Positions 12,753 through 24,251 of a DNA stretch of 63,836 bases are shown one piece after another. The notes under the pieces are model-generated. The model did no database searches and was not told the DNA's origin. It saw only the letters and a list, made by a program, of their open reading frames with translations. The position numbers and the translations under genes were made by a program. The stretch's first letter is position 1. Each line of letters opens with the position of its first letter. Origin of the DNA: Rotaria magnacalcarata. Taxonomy: Eukaryota. The stretch lies in assembly GCA_965140935.1 (NCBI GenBank), contig CBCSLL010000228.1, forward strand, positions 14,084-77,919, read 5' to 3'.

Positions 12753-13797
12753 AGAGCCCCTCCAGAAATCTTCGTCTGTTTTTCTATCAGCGTTTCCGAG
12801 AGAAATCATAAAGCGGATTACATGAATTTAAGTCTAACAGTTTACTACAAATTTCTATAATAAAATTTTCCAATTGAATTATTTTTAAAAGATCTTATTA
12901 ATTTGTTACTAAAAACCATATTTCAACTTCTAATGTTTTTCTAGATTCAAACTTTTATCAGTTTGATTCCAATTTTTATCAACAACAAATGTACGATCTT
13001 TGTTTCGCTGTAATCATTACATGATATCGACTGTGAAAGATTTACAATTGTTGGATTATAGAGAAATTCAGTTGTAATTTTCTCACGTGTTAAACTAAAT
13101 GAGCTGCAAACAACAATGTTCATCTAGAATGGGTCAATATGACAAAACATAACAGACAAAGAAAACAACTTGATGATGTATAAGTCTTAAACTAGACATG
13201 AACAGCGTCGTGTTCACTTAGAATAAATAAATCATGACCAAATGGCATCCCGTGAAGTTTTTTACGTCTAAAAAAGTATTGAACCCGAAGTCTGAAATCA
13301 TATAATTCATATGATATTGCAAAATAAATACCTTTCGAATATTTTCCAAAAGGCTAATGGCTTTCTGCTCGATAACCTTTTCATGCGCAAAGTCATATGT
13401 CACGCTCGCCTTATATATTTTTTGTTTTATGACTATACGTGACTTGAATTTACTCTAAATAAACTTGAATACTTTACACCATAGCTGTTTACCATAAAAT
13501 GTAGGCAGAATAAAATTGCATTAATATCATTGTCATTAACGAAATCGTATTCAACTTCTTTTTACCGTGCATTTATAGACCTGCATGGGCAACCAACAAG
13601 AAATTAAAAGAAAAAATGCGACTCGAAATAAACCCATTCGCCAAAAATTAGAAATTAATAATAAGACTGAAAATCCATGTTTTGACTATAGAATTAAATA
13701 ACGCGTGCCAAAAATTAGTTTTGCTTCGGTGATCACTATGAATTCCAAGAAGCGTCTATAGAAAAATCTATGCATCACTGAGATTATTTCATGTTCT

Positions 13798-14140
13798 ACC
13801 CCCCTCCCCCTCCCCATAGAAACCCCCCTTTAATTAATTAATTTTTTGCTAATTATAAACTTTAATTAGCGTTTTTCCATCAAAATATGCCTGATTCTTC
13901 GCATTTTGAGCAGGAAATATCAAAAGAATGTGTTGACAATTATAATGACACCCTTAGAACCCTGGAAATCCTGATGGAAATCCTGAAAATCGCCTTAGTT
14001 TTCTGGAAAACCATTTAAATTAAATATTAGGAAAAAATGCGGTTCTTAATAGAAGGCCCTCCAGGAGAATTTTTACGCTGGAACATAATAGAAGACCCGG
14101 GGTCTTTTATTGTGACGGGGAAGGGGGGGGGGGGGATATT
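13798..14140. repeat. Poly-C / poly-G pair: C-rich block (13798-13825, 'CCCCCCTCCCCCTCCCC...CCCCCC') and a 14-nt G run 'GGGGAAGGGGGGGGGGGGG' (14117-14140)
   Basis: The two tracts are reverse-complementary in composition and sit approx 300 bp apart. Long G/C homopolymers are rare in this AT-rich sequence. Confidence 0.6.
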
Positions 14141-14295
14141 GTCCTTTTCATAAAAAAAAAACATTCTAGATATTTATAAATAATGACTTTTTCTCGCTCT
14201 TGGTGCTTTCCTCAGATTGTTTTAACACTTAAGAATGTACTTAGACATAGAACGAGCATTCAAACAAGTATTTCTAATTTAAAAAATGTGAAAAC

Positions 14296-14458
14296 ATCGA
14301 ATTTAAATCTGAGTGTTATGTGTACTTCAAAGAGTAAAACTAATTGATGACAACTTGATTTTGATCAAACTATCTAAAAAAAATAAAAAAACAAGTGAAT
14401 ATACTTTTTCACTCTTTGAAGTACACATAGCTAACACTCGGATTTAAATCCGAGGTTT
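14296..14458. repeat. Hairpin-forming inverted repeat (approx 45-bp arms, approx 65-bp spacer), MITE-like
   Basis: 'CGAATTTAAATCTGAGTGTTATGTGTACTTCAAAGAGTAAAA' (14299-14340) is reverse-complementary to 'TTTTCACTCTTTGAAGTACACATAGCTAACACTCGGATTTAAATCCGAGG' (14407-14456). Confidence 0.75.
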
Positions 14459-14984
14459 TTGCATTTATTCTATAAGACATTTGATCTCATCAAGATACAT
14501 CTCTTGTCACTAAATTGCAAGGAGAAAATACGGGCGTGCTAAATTATCATGGACCACACTGTCTGAGACCCTATCCGATGACCACTGACTCTACTCTTCG
14601 AATGATATAATATCTTAGAAACCACAGAAATTGAGCTCAGATTCGTGTTTAGCTTTGAAAACTGTGTAAGAAGAGTTATTTTGAATGGATTTGTGTTTGT
14701 ATCTAGCGAGATTACGAGTGTAAGCAGCCTCATTAATCTATACGAGATATATGATAGATACAAGTATCAATATTTTCTTAATAAATCACCAATATTAATA
14801 GCTATCGAGTTTGGGTTTTCCCTTTCGATGATCCTTTTGACTAGCTACAAAACCAGGCATTTGTAAAATTCCAAACTACTGGTCATCTGAGACATATCTA
14901 GGCAATTTGGTTTCTGGATGCAGTTTTGGTGCATTTTGACACCTTTTTCAGGCGATTTTTTGTTAGAAAGCTACGATCTGGTTC

Positions 14985-15305
14985 AAAATTAATATCAGAT
15001 TCGGAATCAGCGTTAAACACTGAGTCGATCTATATATGTTGTGAATAATTCTGAGAGAAAAATTGTTTTTTGAAAAATCCCTGTACTCCCCCTCAGGGAT
15101 GGTCTGGTCAATAATGACAATTTTTTCGATAGCTTAGCCATTTCTTGACGGATTGCTTTCATCTTCGAACTCGGCTGAGATATTGATAAGATCATTCTGT
15201 GTACAAAATTTCATGACAATTGGATGAGGCTTTCAAAAGTTATCGTGTTAACGGACGGACGGTCGGACACACTGACAGAATCTAGAGTGTACTCAATTTT
15301 TGAGT
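14985..15305 (+). repeat. Interspersed repeat, copy A (approx 320 bp seen; family also present inverted at 63541-63836)
   Basis: 14988-15305 aligns with the reverse complement of 63541-63836, with roughly 80-85% identity by eye. Shared blocks include 'ATATCAGATTC(G/A)GAATCAGCGTTAAA', 'GAAAAATCCCTGTACTC(C/T)CCCTCAGGGATGGTCTG', 'TTCTTGACGGAT', 'CATCTTCGAACTCG' and 'GGACGG(A/C)(C/T)GGACACACTGAC'. Confidence 0.8.
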
Positions 15306-15713
15306 ACATAAAACGAACACACGCGCCTCTTCAATATAAAAAGTCAACAGTTCATTGTTTTTTAATTATGAAATTTTATTAAACACATCTTAAATTCTCT
15401 CCTAAGACAATAATAACTGATCCTATTCCACATATGTCTCAATGGATTGATAGCTTGAACATTCTTTTTTTTTCTACTTACTAATCGAACTTGAGGAAAG
15501 ACGCATCTTCACTTGTATTCAAATAAACAATTCTATTGATCATATACACATACGCCATTACACATTGATTAGATAAGATCTATGTCATATACGTTTCAAA
15601 TTTCTTTATTTGATTTTTAATCAACAACGAACATTTATATCATACATGCATATCTATGAAACAGAGAAGAAGAAGAAAAAAGACCGGTATTCTTATGCTC
15701 CTAAATGAGTCTT

Positions 15714-16880
15714 TTATTTGTATTTAAATCCAAATGCAAATCCACTTGTAGTTAATATTGTACAAGGCGAATTGCGATCCATTAATTGAAATTGTTCACA
15801 ATTCGATGAGTGATTTGGATTCAATGAATCTTCATTATCGTAAAAACTTGAATGACGAAAGCAATGACAAATATTTATTTTTAATTTCATAAAAAGACGT
15901 TTCCATTCACGACGAAATTTTGAATCAAATAAAATATAAATATAAAAATTTATTGCGAATGATATTTGATATATTGAATGAAAATACTTTTCTAATAGAA
16001 GAATTAATTTTGTTTCAACTATTTTGTGTCCATATAGTAAACGCCATGTATGAATAGATGCATACGGGGCACATATTATTAAATATGATGTCGAAACAGC
16101 TAACAGTAATTTCGTCATTTTACGTGAAGCATTTCGACGTGTTATTTCACGAATTTTATTCAATTGAGAATGATTTCGAAAAAGAAATTCATGTGGACTT
16201 TGTTTCATTCGTCGTAAAGATATTAATATAATTGTATTCATTACTATGATCGAAATATACGGAATAAGAAACACAACAAAGCAATCCACTATATCCATTA
16301 ATTCATTTATCCAACGTAAATGTTTCAATGAAAAACATTGCCCATTAACAATACCGATAAGAAATGGTAAATATGAATAAATTAAACAAGCAATGAATAT
16401 TATGAATAAAGCTAAACATCGAGAACGATACCATGAAAGTACATGTGAAACACGAAATGGTTTTACAACAGCAAATAAACGTTGAGCTGTAAATGACACT
16501 GTATAATAGGCACTTATAAAATTACATACATATGTTAAATATAATGTTAATTGGCAAACTACTGGACGATGAAGGAGATTTATATAATTCGATACCCATA
16601 AACAAAATAAAACAAATAAATATATTGTATCCGAAATAGCCATATAAAAAAGAAATGGATACACGGACATATTCGAGCCCATGGATGCAATCGTCGTACG
16701 TAATGCTCGTTGACCAAAAACAATAATTGCAAAACCATTTCCAATGCATCCGATTAACACTAATAGTAACCAATAGATATGACGAAAGAAAAAATCCAAT
16801 AGAGTTATAGGTGATGGCAGTTCCGCCGTATCCAAACTACTATTTAAACTCGTCGATGTGATATTCTCTGCATCAATCAT
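15714..16880 (-). CDS. Intronless rhodopsin-like (class A) G-protein-coupled receptor, orphan; 388 aa
   Basis: This is a single uninterrupted 388-aa ORF with seven hydrophobic helices. The N-terminal ectodomain has N-glycosylation sites (NITS, NSS). The TM3 end reads 'SFTAQRLFAVV', an AQR variant of the D/ERY motif. TM7 reads 'AINFYIYILF', an NFxxY variant of NPxxY. It has a long basic third intracellular loop ('SLRRMKQSPHEF...RRNASRKMTK') and a cysteine-containing C-tail. Confidence 0.8.
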   Translation of the reverse strand: MIDAENITSTSLNSSLDTAELPSPITLLDFFFRHIYWLLLVLIGCIGNGFAIIVFGQRALRTTIASMGSNMSVYPFLFYMAISDTIYLFVLFCLWVSNYINLLHRPVVCQLTLYLTYVCNFISAYYTVSFTAQRLFAVVKPFRVSHVLSWYRSRCLALFIIFIACLIYSYLPFLIGIVNGQCFSLKHLRWINELMDIVDCFVVFLIPYISIIVMNTIILISLRRMKQSPHEFLFRNHSQLNKIREITRRNASRKMTKLLLAVSTSYLIICAPYASIHTWRLLYGHKIVETKLILLLEKYFHSIYQISFAINFYIYILFDSKFRREWKRLFMKLKINICHCFRHSSFYDNEDSLNPNHSSNCEQFQLMDRNSPCTILTTSGFAFGFKYK

Positions 16881-19695
16881 TATTCAAATCTAAAATATCA
16901 GTTTAATTCAAGATTTTTATAGTTTCTGAGTGTTTCTCGTAATGATGAATAATGGTTCGATAATTATCGAAAAGAAAATCTTTTTATATAACACTCATTA
17001 AATGTGAAATGACCCTCATAGGAAAATAATGGCGGAGTATACCTCGCTCTTCTGTTTTTACTTAAGTTTTCTGCTTCTTGTCTCTTATATTCACATTTCA
17101 GATAATGACAGTTGGACATTCAAGAGTACGATTAAACCCTAATAGATGCTAAATTGCTAGACAATATATCATATTCATATGCAAATACTGAACTAATCTA
17201 TTTACTGTCGTAGAATTTATATTAAACGAGATACCTCATGATTGGAATGCAAACAGAAAAGAATAGCAAGAGGCAAATTCTAAATATTTCTACTCAATAA
17301 TACAATAGTATATATCTATATATACGAAATAAACCTACTTCAATGCAACATAAGTCAATTATGATGTAAATAATCTTAATGAGGACGAAAAACACAAGTA
17401 GCACACGTTCTACATATGAGAGACTTCAATGTTGTATAAGTAAAATGTTGTCTATTAACTATCGAGGGGTTTTTATGTTATTAAAATTTATGTTTGTGTA
17501 GACTATTAACTTTTTTTCCTGCTGTAATTCCAACGTTAATGATACGCACGGAACAAAAACTATGCGAATATGATAAATAATTAGTCAAATCGTATGAATA
17601 GTTTTTTCCTAGGAGCGTTTTCCTTTTCCCTATGCTAATGATAAATGCTTGTAAAATAATTAACGATCAGTTCCTTCACGAAAAGTCAACATGATAATTA
17701 TGCAGCAAAAACAGATGAATATATGTCATGAACTAGAAACTTATTGCGAGATTGAAGACTCAATGTAACTGAGTGAGAAAATGTCTCATAGGAGTACTGC
17801 AACGATTGCAAAAGACAAGTGTTAACCCATTCGATTGTCAAATAACAACTAATTTATTTTCCATACTTGGAAGCAAGACAAATGCCTACCGTTTACGTGA
17901 CCTGATTGTTATCTATCGTTGGAGCTATTGAGTAGAAAAATAAAACAAAAATACTGATTAGTCTTATGACAACCAAAGAGAGGAGATGAAAGCGTAGGAT
18001 TAGATACTCAATTTCCATGATAATATGTTACTCGGCTAGTGTTAAGTAGTAAAACTAAAGCGAACTCTAGATGAAAACAAAACAAAGTGTTCCGCAACAA
18101 ATGCAAATAATTGTTTAAAGATATTTTATTATCATATATAATAAAAGTCAACTGTCGGGAATCTTAGTTCAACACTTGGCATATTAAAAAAATAGTCGAT
18201 AGAAAAGAATGCGAATCATCAGTTTAGAAAGAAACAAGAAGCAGACGACAGAACTGTCAGCAGTTACATCATATTGGTTTTGTATTTTCAACATTAAACA
18301 TATTCGATAAATATCAAATACTTAAAATTCTGTATTTCATCAAAAAGAAAAGGAAAAAATGTTGCTATTCAGATAAATACAAAAATGAACATTAGCATGC
18401 GTTTGTGGGCCTAAAACGACTGTTCTTATAGAGAAAAAGAGAATTTTTAATTTTAGCCTGCCAATTCGATTTTAACAGCATTATCACGTCTATTTAATGG
18501 ATAAAATAATAATTATCTTATGAATATTCTTTTATCTCAGTTGATCATAAAACAAAGAAAAACGATTTCGTTCAAATATTGCATGTATTTAGAACCGTAG
18601 AATTAAGTATGGAAAAAACCAGCGATAGCAATTTACGTTTTTCTCGGTGTTGAAGCATCAAATTATCTAGTTTGAATACGTATATATTTGAGTAAAGTTC
18701 TCATTATAAATGAAATAAAATATTCTAAGTCGCATATAAACGCAAAGTTTTTGGTTTTCTTCACGCCTACTATTAGTAAGCGCGGTACCAAAAATATGTA
18801 ATCATTGAACTCATATAAACTTTAATTGTGCTCTTTGACGTGTATGATGAACTTATTCTGATATTGAAAATTACTTTTATTAAAATCTAATCCTTTAAAA
18901 TGATAGCCATGCATTCAGTCATGATCACTTCTTGTTTTGTCTCCTTTCAATTGAACAATTGGCGAAGTTTCTTTTCTCTTGTAAAACACTACTATACCCA
19001 ATAATCAGGCAAGGAGTCCGTTTGATTCCAGTCTTTTTTTTTCTAAAGCTTCGATGATAAATGTATTATTTTACTTTTGAGAGAGTTTTCATTTTCTACT
19101 TTTAGGATTCATATCATATTTTTGCCGGTACAACCGAATTTGGATCCAATGTCTATCCTTTCTTTCTATTTAACAGACTATTAATCTGAATCAATGAACA
19201 TGATATATGGAAATGTCAGTCGAATTAATGGCTTGTAATTACTTTTTTTTATAACAGAAATCTTCCTCATTTACTCACGTGTTGCTCAATTTATAAGCTA
19301 ATTGACTTTTGAAAATAACGGTTTAGCAATAAAAAAAAAGTGCAACTTTATGACGATGATAATGGGTGTGATTTTTATTAATCAACAATAAGATAAGAAT
19401 GTACATTTTATTACGCTCAATCTAAAATAGAAGTAAGATTTCCCTATTTCGTACTTTTACTCCCGAGAAAATGCATTTTTACAAAAACAAGATAGCGCAA
19501 CGTTTCGATTGAAATTTAAAAACGGTCTGCTCTTTCTAATCGAATGATGCTCAGCTTCGAAAAATCTTTCGTTTTGTGGCAAAAATGAGTTATATTATTC
19601 TTTTTCATTAAAATGCGTTTTCGCAAGCGTAACTTGTGAAATACGTAGTAGACTATGACGTGTAAGAAAAATGTATGCTTGCTACTTGTGAGAAT

Positions 19696-21019
19696 AATGA
19701 GTCTTATTCACACTTTACTTGTTGGCCACGAACATGTTTAAAACTGGCCCCCCAAATAAATTTTTGTTGCTAAGAGCGGTTTATTTCCTTTTACCTATCT
19801 TTGACAATCGTCTTCCTTGCTTAGAGCATGTCCTCTTTGGTGTCACCCCGATTCGTCCCTTTTAATTTTTTCTTAACTCGTCCCATTCCGAATTTGTACC
19901 TATCTCAATTCGTCCCATACTTAATTGGTATCTAATTTTTCGGAATGTCATGATTATGCCCATCTATTGAATGCTAAATATATACTAATTACGATACCTT
20001 ATGTCTCGTTGGCCTTCCGAAGTACGAAAAAAACTTAGAAAATAGCGTGCACAAAGAAAATTGCTTTTATTTCTCTAGTAAACCAAATAACTACCATGCT
20101 TAAGTTCACATATAGCGAACGTTCAAAGCTTGTGTTGAACTTTAAAGGACATCAATATACCAAAAACCGGGAAGATAAAACTGGTCAAGAAAAAGAACAA
20201 TAAAGAGAGTAATAGCTTTAATGTAATCTTATTTTTCTTTGATAATAAATAGTTCTTTCTCTATAGGGTATTATATTAATTTACAGACAATCAGGGACGA
20301 GTTAAGAAAAATTTAAAACGGACGAATTGGGTATGGGACCAATCAGGGGCGAATCGGGGCTAAACCGTCCACTTTTCGCCTTTCCTCTTTCTCCTCTCCT
20401 TAATTGCGTTATCTCTTTGAAGTTGTCTTTTTCTTTTCTTTTTCGTCAAGACATGATCAACATCGGAAAGATACAAAAGTTATGTTTTTGCTTATTTTTC
20501 TAATCATTACAACTATCAACCATAAAAAGATTTGGATAATTTTTGTCATACGAACTTTTCGCTTAAAACTAAATTCTTCTGATAAATTACGACTGTTTTT
20601 TTTTAATTTTCACATCACTCCTGCTGTTATTATTCAAGTATTAACATATATGAAATAGGTGTTTTATGAACTAGAAATTAATTGTAACAAATTTAGTTGT
20701 AGTCTATATAAATACATCGTAATCCTTTTATCGTTGATAGTTGTAATGAATAGAATAATAAGCACGAACATAACTTTCGTATCTTTCCAATGTTAATCAT
20801 TTCTTGACGAAAAAGAAAGGAAGAAGACAACTTCAAAGAGATAACGCAATTAAGGAGAGGAGAAAGAGGAAAGGCGAAAAGTGGACATGCTCTAAGGAAG
20901 GAAGACGATTGTCAGAGATAGATAAAAGGAAATAAACCGCTCTTAGCAACAAAAATTTATTTGGGGGTCAGCTTTATACATGTTCGCGGTCAACAAGCAA
21001 AGTGTGAATAAGGCTCATT
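19696..21019. repeat. Complex nested inverted-repeat (foldback-like) structure, approx 1.3 kb: outer arms A 19696-19834 / A' 20881-21019; inner pair B 19845-19930 / B' 20281-20362; pair C 20360-20450 / C' 20800-20885
   Basis: A 'AATGAGTCTTATTCACACTTTACTTGTTGGCCACGAACATGTTTAAAACTGGCCCCCCAAATAAATTTTTGTTGCTAAGAGCGGTTTATTTCCTTTTACCTATCTTTGACAATCGTCTTCCTTGCTTAGAGCATGTCC' is the reverse complement of A' (approx 90% identity). C 'CACTTTTCGCCTTTCCTCTTTCTCCTCTCCTTAATTGCGTTATCTCTTTGAAGTTGTC...CGTCAAG' is the reverse complement of C' 'CTTGACGAAAAAGAAAGGAAGAAGACAACTTCAAAGAGATAACGCAATTAAGGAGAGG...GAAAAGTG'. B/B' share 'CCCCGATTCGTCCC...TTTTAATTTTTCTTAACTCGTCCC'. Confidence 0.8.
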
Positions 21020-21896
21020 CAAATTTTCAGTCGCACAAGTAGTAAAGGTAAAGAAAGAATAATCGTCTAATTATATAATCCAGAGTGTAATAAAAAATGC
21101 AACCTATTATTGTCCACCAGAGCAGAAAGTCTCTATACCAATTACAATATCCTTAGAAATTCTTTTACGAACTTCACGTTTGAGTACCCTTAGGATTTCC
21201 ATCCGAACTACTGACGGTGTTTATTACGATCTGCATGTGTTACGTTAAATATAGCAAAAATGCTCTATTCCGAACATCCGGTAAACACATTACGATCTTC
21301 CTGCTGTCTGTTGCGATCTCCGACACATAGATGTTTACGAACTCCTGTCATAAATTTTTACGAATAAAATTCATTTCCGAACATCCGGCAACGTTTACTG
21401 GTGTTCGGAAGAGATGAGACGAAACGTAAGTCACCCGAAAAAATAGGCAATTTACTTTGACAGCAGCATCAAAGTTTCTCAACTTAACCACACGAACGGA
21501 AAAAATGATTTTTGACCTCGAATAATAGGGCTGAATACACTAAAAGCGCAAGTATCTATATATATATATTAATGAGAGATCATTATTTTGCATCATACAA
21601 GAAAAGCAATTCAGTAGAATTCTTGCAACAATGTCTATTCAATACGTTAATAGATCATAGGAGCTGGAGCTTTTTCTGTCTGCACGAGACAAATTTCATC
21701 AAGTTTTTAACTGTAATTACAGTAAAAGTGAATAGTTACTTACTCTTATTAGTCTGGGAAATCTTGAGAAAAACAGCTACCGCATGTGTTAGATTTGAGA
21801 ATTCGGTCACAATGATCTTTTCAACATTCAAAGATGGTCATAGAAAAAGTGCATCAGCAAAAGGCATAACGTATTTTAGACGGAAATAGTGATATA

Positions 21897-23000
21897 TATA
21901 TATATATCAGAGACCGAAATCGAATCGAATCGAATGAATAAAAAAAAATGAAAAAAAGCCTAATCGAATCAATTCATTTTTCTTTCAGTTTCATTCGGCT
22001 ATTCAAAATCATTTTCTTTGTTCTGGTGTTATGGTCGAGGGTAGTTGACTAGTACACAAGAGATGACGAATGAAAAACGACGTCCACTGTTTCTCTTCCT
22101 TTGTTTCTGTCAGTCGTGCTTATTCAATAGTCATCCTTGTTCTGTTCATATCTTGAAGGTGTGGGTGTGAATTAAGGCATGTGATTGGTGTATTAAGAGG
22201 TAAGTAATCTTTTGGAGGTGATTTAACTCTTAATGTATCAATTAGATTGCTTAATACGACTTTAACTTTATTCACATTTCCAGTGCGATTGGGTTCTTGA
22301 TATCAGCCTCTTCATTTATTAAGCATGGGTACGGTCAACTGTAAATATAGATCCATATACAGTAAATAACATTATTTTTCTTCGTTCTATACAAAATAAA
22401 CTTATTTACTTACTCTACTTAGATGTGTTCATTAATTTATATTTTATGTATTCTTTCTTGAAAAAAATGAATAACCCAGGTCGACTGATCCGATAGGAAC
22501 CTGGAAATATCCTACACTCCGATACAATTCTATTGGATTCCAGGTCGAGGAATCAATGTCGGATCCTCAGTGTCGGAATCCTATGAACTTCCGATGACAT
22601 CCAACGGTTTTTCGTTGGAATTCATAGGAATCCGACACTGAGGATCCGACATCGATTCCTCGACCCGGAATCCAACGATAATTCTGTAAGATCTGACAGG
22701 ATCCGATAAAATCGTATTGGATTCCAGTCGGATCGGATGGGTTCCGATAGGTGCCTACTGGCGGATTGCTCGACCTGGGAATTCTTATGTAATTATATAT
22801 TCATAAATTATATTTATTCAACATATTATCTATAGAAGATCGACAGACTATTCTCATTCTAAGAAGATGAGAGTCTGAAAACAACAGTACCATGTTTTGT
22901 AAACCCAATTTGAGTCGAATCCGGATCCCGGTCCTGAAAACCCGAATCGAACCGAATGGCACTTTTGTCGTTCGTTTCGGTCTCTGACTCTGATATATAT
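21897..23000. mobile_element. Non-autonomous DNA-transposon-like element (MITE-like, approx 1.1 kb) with terminal inverted repeats, inserted between (TA)n tracts
   Basis: Left end 'TATATATCAGAGACCGAAATCGAATCGAATCGAATG' (21893-21930). Right end 'CATTCGGTTCGATTCGGG...TTTCGGTCTCTGACTCTGATATATATA' (approx 22935-23000). The two ends are imperfect reverse complements (core CAGAGACCGAAA / TTTCGGTCTCTG). (TA)n flanks both ends. The interior has no ORF and contains a 45-bp-arm perfect palindrome at 22543-22665. Confidence 0.55.
22543..22665. repeat. Near-perfect palindrome (45-bp arms, approx 33-bp loop) inside the MITE-like element
   Basis: 'GGTCGAGGAATCAATGTCGGATCCTCAGTGTCGGAATCCTATGAA' (22543-22587) is reverse-complementary to 'TTCATAGGAATCCGACACTGAGGATCCGACATCGATTCCTCGACC' (22621-22665), with a single mismatch. 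Confidence 0.85.
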
Positions 23001-23127
23001 ATGTTGCAGGGCAGATTGAAATTCAGTTCAGATTAAAATAACTTCGATTTCAACAAAGAAAAATTTTAAACTGAACTAGTTCAGATCAAAATTATTTTAA
23101 TCTGCACTGGATTTTAATCTATCCTAC

Positions 23128-23165
<38 letters not shown>
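23000..23165. repeat. (AT)n microsatellite (approx 23128-23162) preceded by a short inverted repeat 'CAGATTAAAATAA...TTATTTTAATCTG'
   Basis: Approx 17 AT dinucleotide units at 23128-23162. Arms of the inverted repeat are at approx 23021-23036 and 23090-23105. Confidence 0.8.
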
Positions 23166-24251
23166 TCAAAGAGCGAAATATTACGATATCATGTGGATCT
23201 TTCTTTTTAAACTGCTGAAATTAAGTAAGACAACGGCTTATTTTCATGATTGGAAAAACGACTAACTGCTGCTTTCTCTTTCGAAAAAATAGATCAAATT
23301 TTTAAAATTTATTCGCGTGAAAAAATAAATTCTAAGAAAAAACATTATTGCTTTTAATACAGTGAAAAAGTACTCGAAAAAATGCTCTTAAAGATAAATC
23401 GACTACAATTAGATCAGTCTCATTGCCTGGCTTTTTACGAGCTATTTCGATGGCGCTAGAAAGTAATTAGCACTGAAATAGTAGATTTCCATAAAAAGGA
23501 GAAAAGAGAACTGTCTACTTCAATAAAACTTAAAGTTCTTTATTACCCTATTTTATGCTTTTTTTCAATTAATAATCAAGGAAAATGTTCAAAACATCTG
23601 CTGCTTTGGATTTTATCTAAGCGTATCGGATGGAAAACTTTAAAAACCGTTATATTTCAACAAGCATAATTATATTGATAAAATTTATTACCGTAATAAC
23701 CAAATCTTCAATAAAGTAGATATCTTGACGGTTCTGTTTAATGAACGCTAAACTATTTTAAATGAGGAAATTCACGACAACATATAAATAAAGAGAATAA
23801 TGATATAATAGTTCAAGTTCTACTATAATATATAATTAGTTCTTTTGGCAATAGCTATTCCTAAACGTTGCAAAAATTTATTGAGAAAAAAATAATGTCG
23901 TCAACCCTTTCCACTGGGATCTGACGATAAAGTTGTTTTCATCGCATTCAATATATATCTTTTTTTTTACTATATAGATACACAAGATAGAACAAGAGAA
24001 AAGAAAAAAATCCAAGTGCTTTCAGATTATAACTTCTTTTTTTCAAAGTGCACTGTTTCGATAGTAATACGTTCAGAAAAAAAGTGAAGAGTACTTTTTT
24101 TCTTGAATTTACCCACTGAATTCAATTAGTGCCTGGAAAAATCAAGGTCATAAAATATAAATTTATTGATAAATCTATACTGTTTCTTAGTGCAATAATC
24201 AAGCGTAAGAACAATAAAAAAAAGAAATTAAAATGCCAACAAAAAATGACT

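Noticed and set aside
20404-20658. 84-aa ORF inside the nested inverted-repeat structure
   Set aside because: It lies within the approx 350-bp AT-rich spacer between IR arms C and C'. Its translation is low-complexity, with no start context or homolog, and is most likely a chance ORF.
21512-21889. 125-aa ORF adjacent to the MITE-like element
   Set aside because: No recognisable domain. It abuts a (TA)n tract and a repeat. Its codon usage is indistinguishable from the AT-rich background.
16900-24200. A search for tRNA / snRNA / spliced-leader RNA genes in the gene desert
   Set aside because: By eye I found no convincing cloverleaf-compatible sequence (no GGTTCGA(A/T)TCC T-loop with a matching acceptor stem) and no Sm-site/SL-like motif. 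I cannot exclude them without a covariance-model scan (tRNAscan-SE / Infernal).
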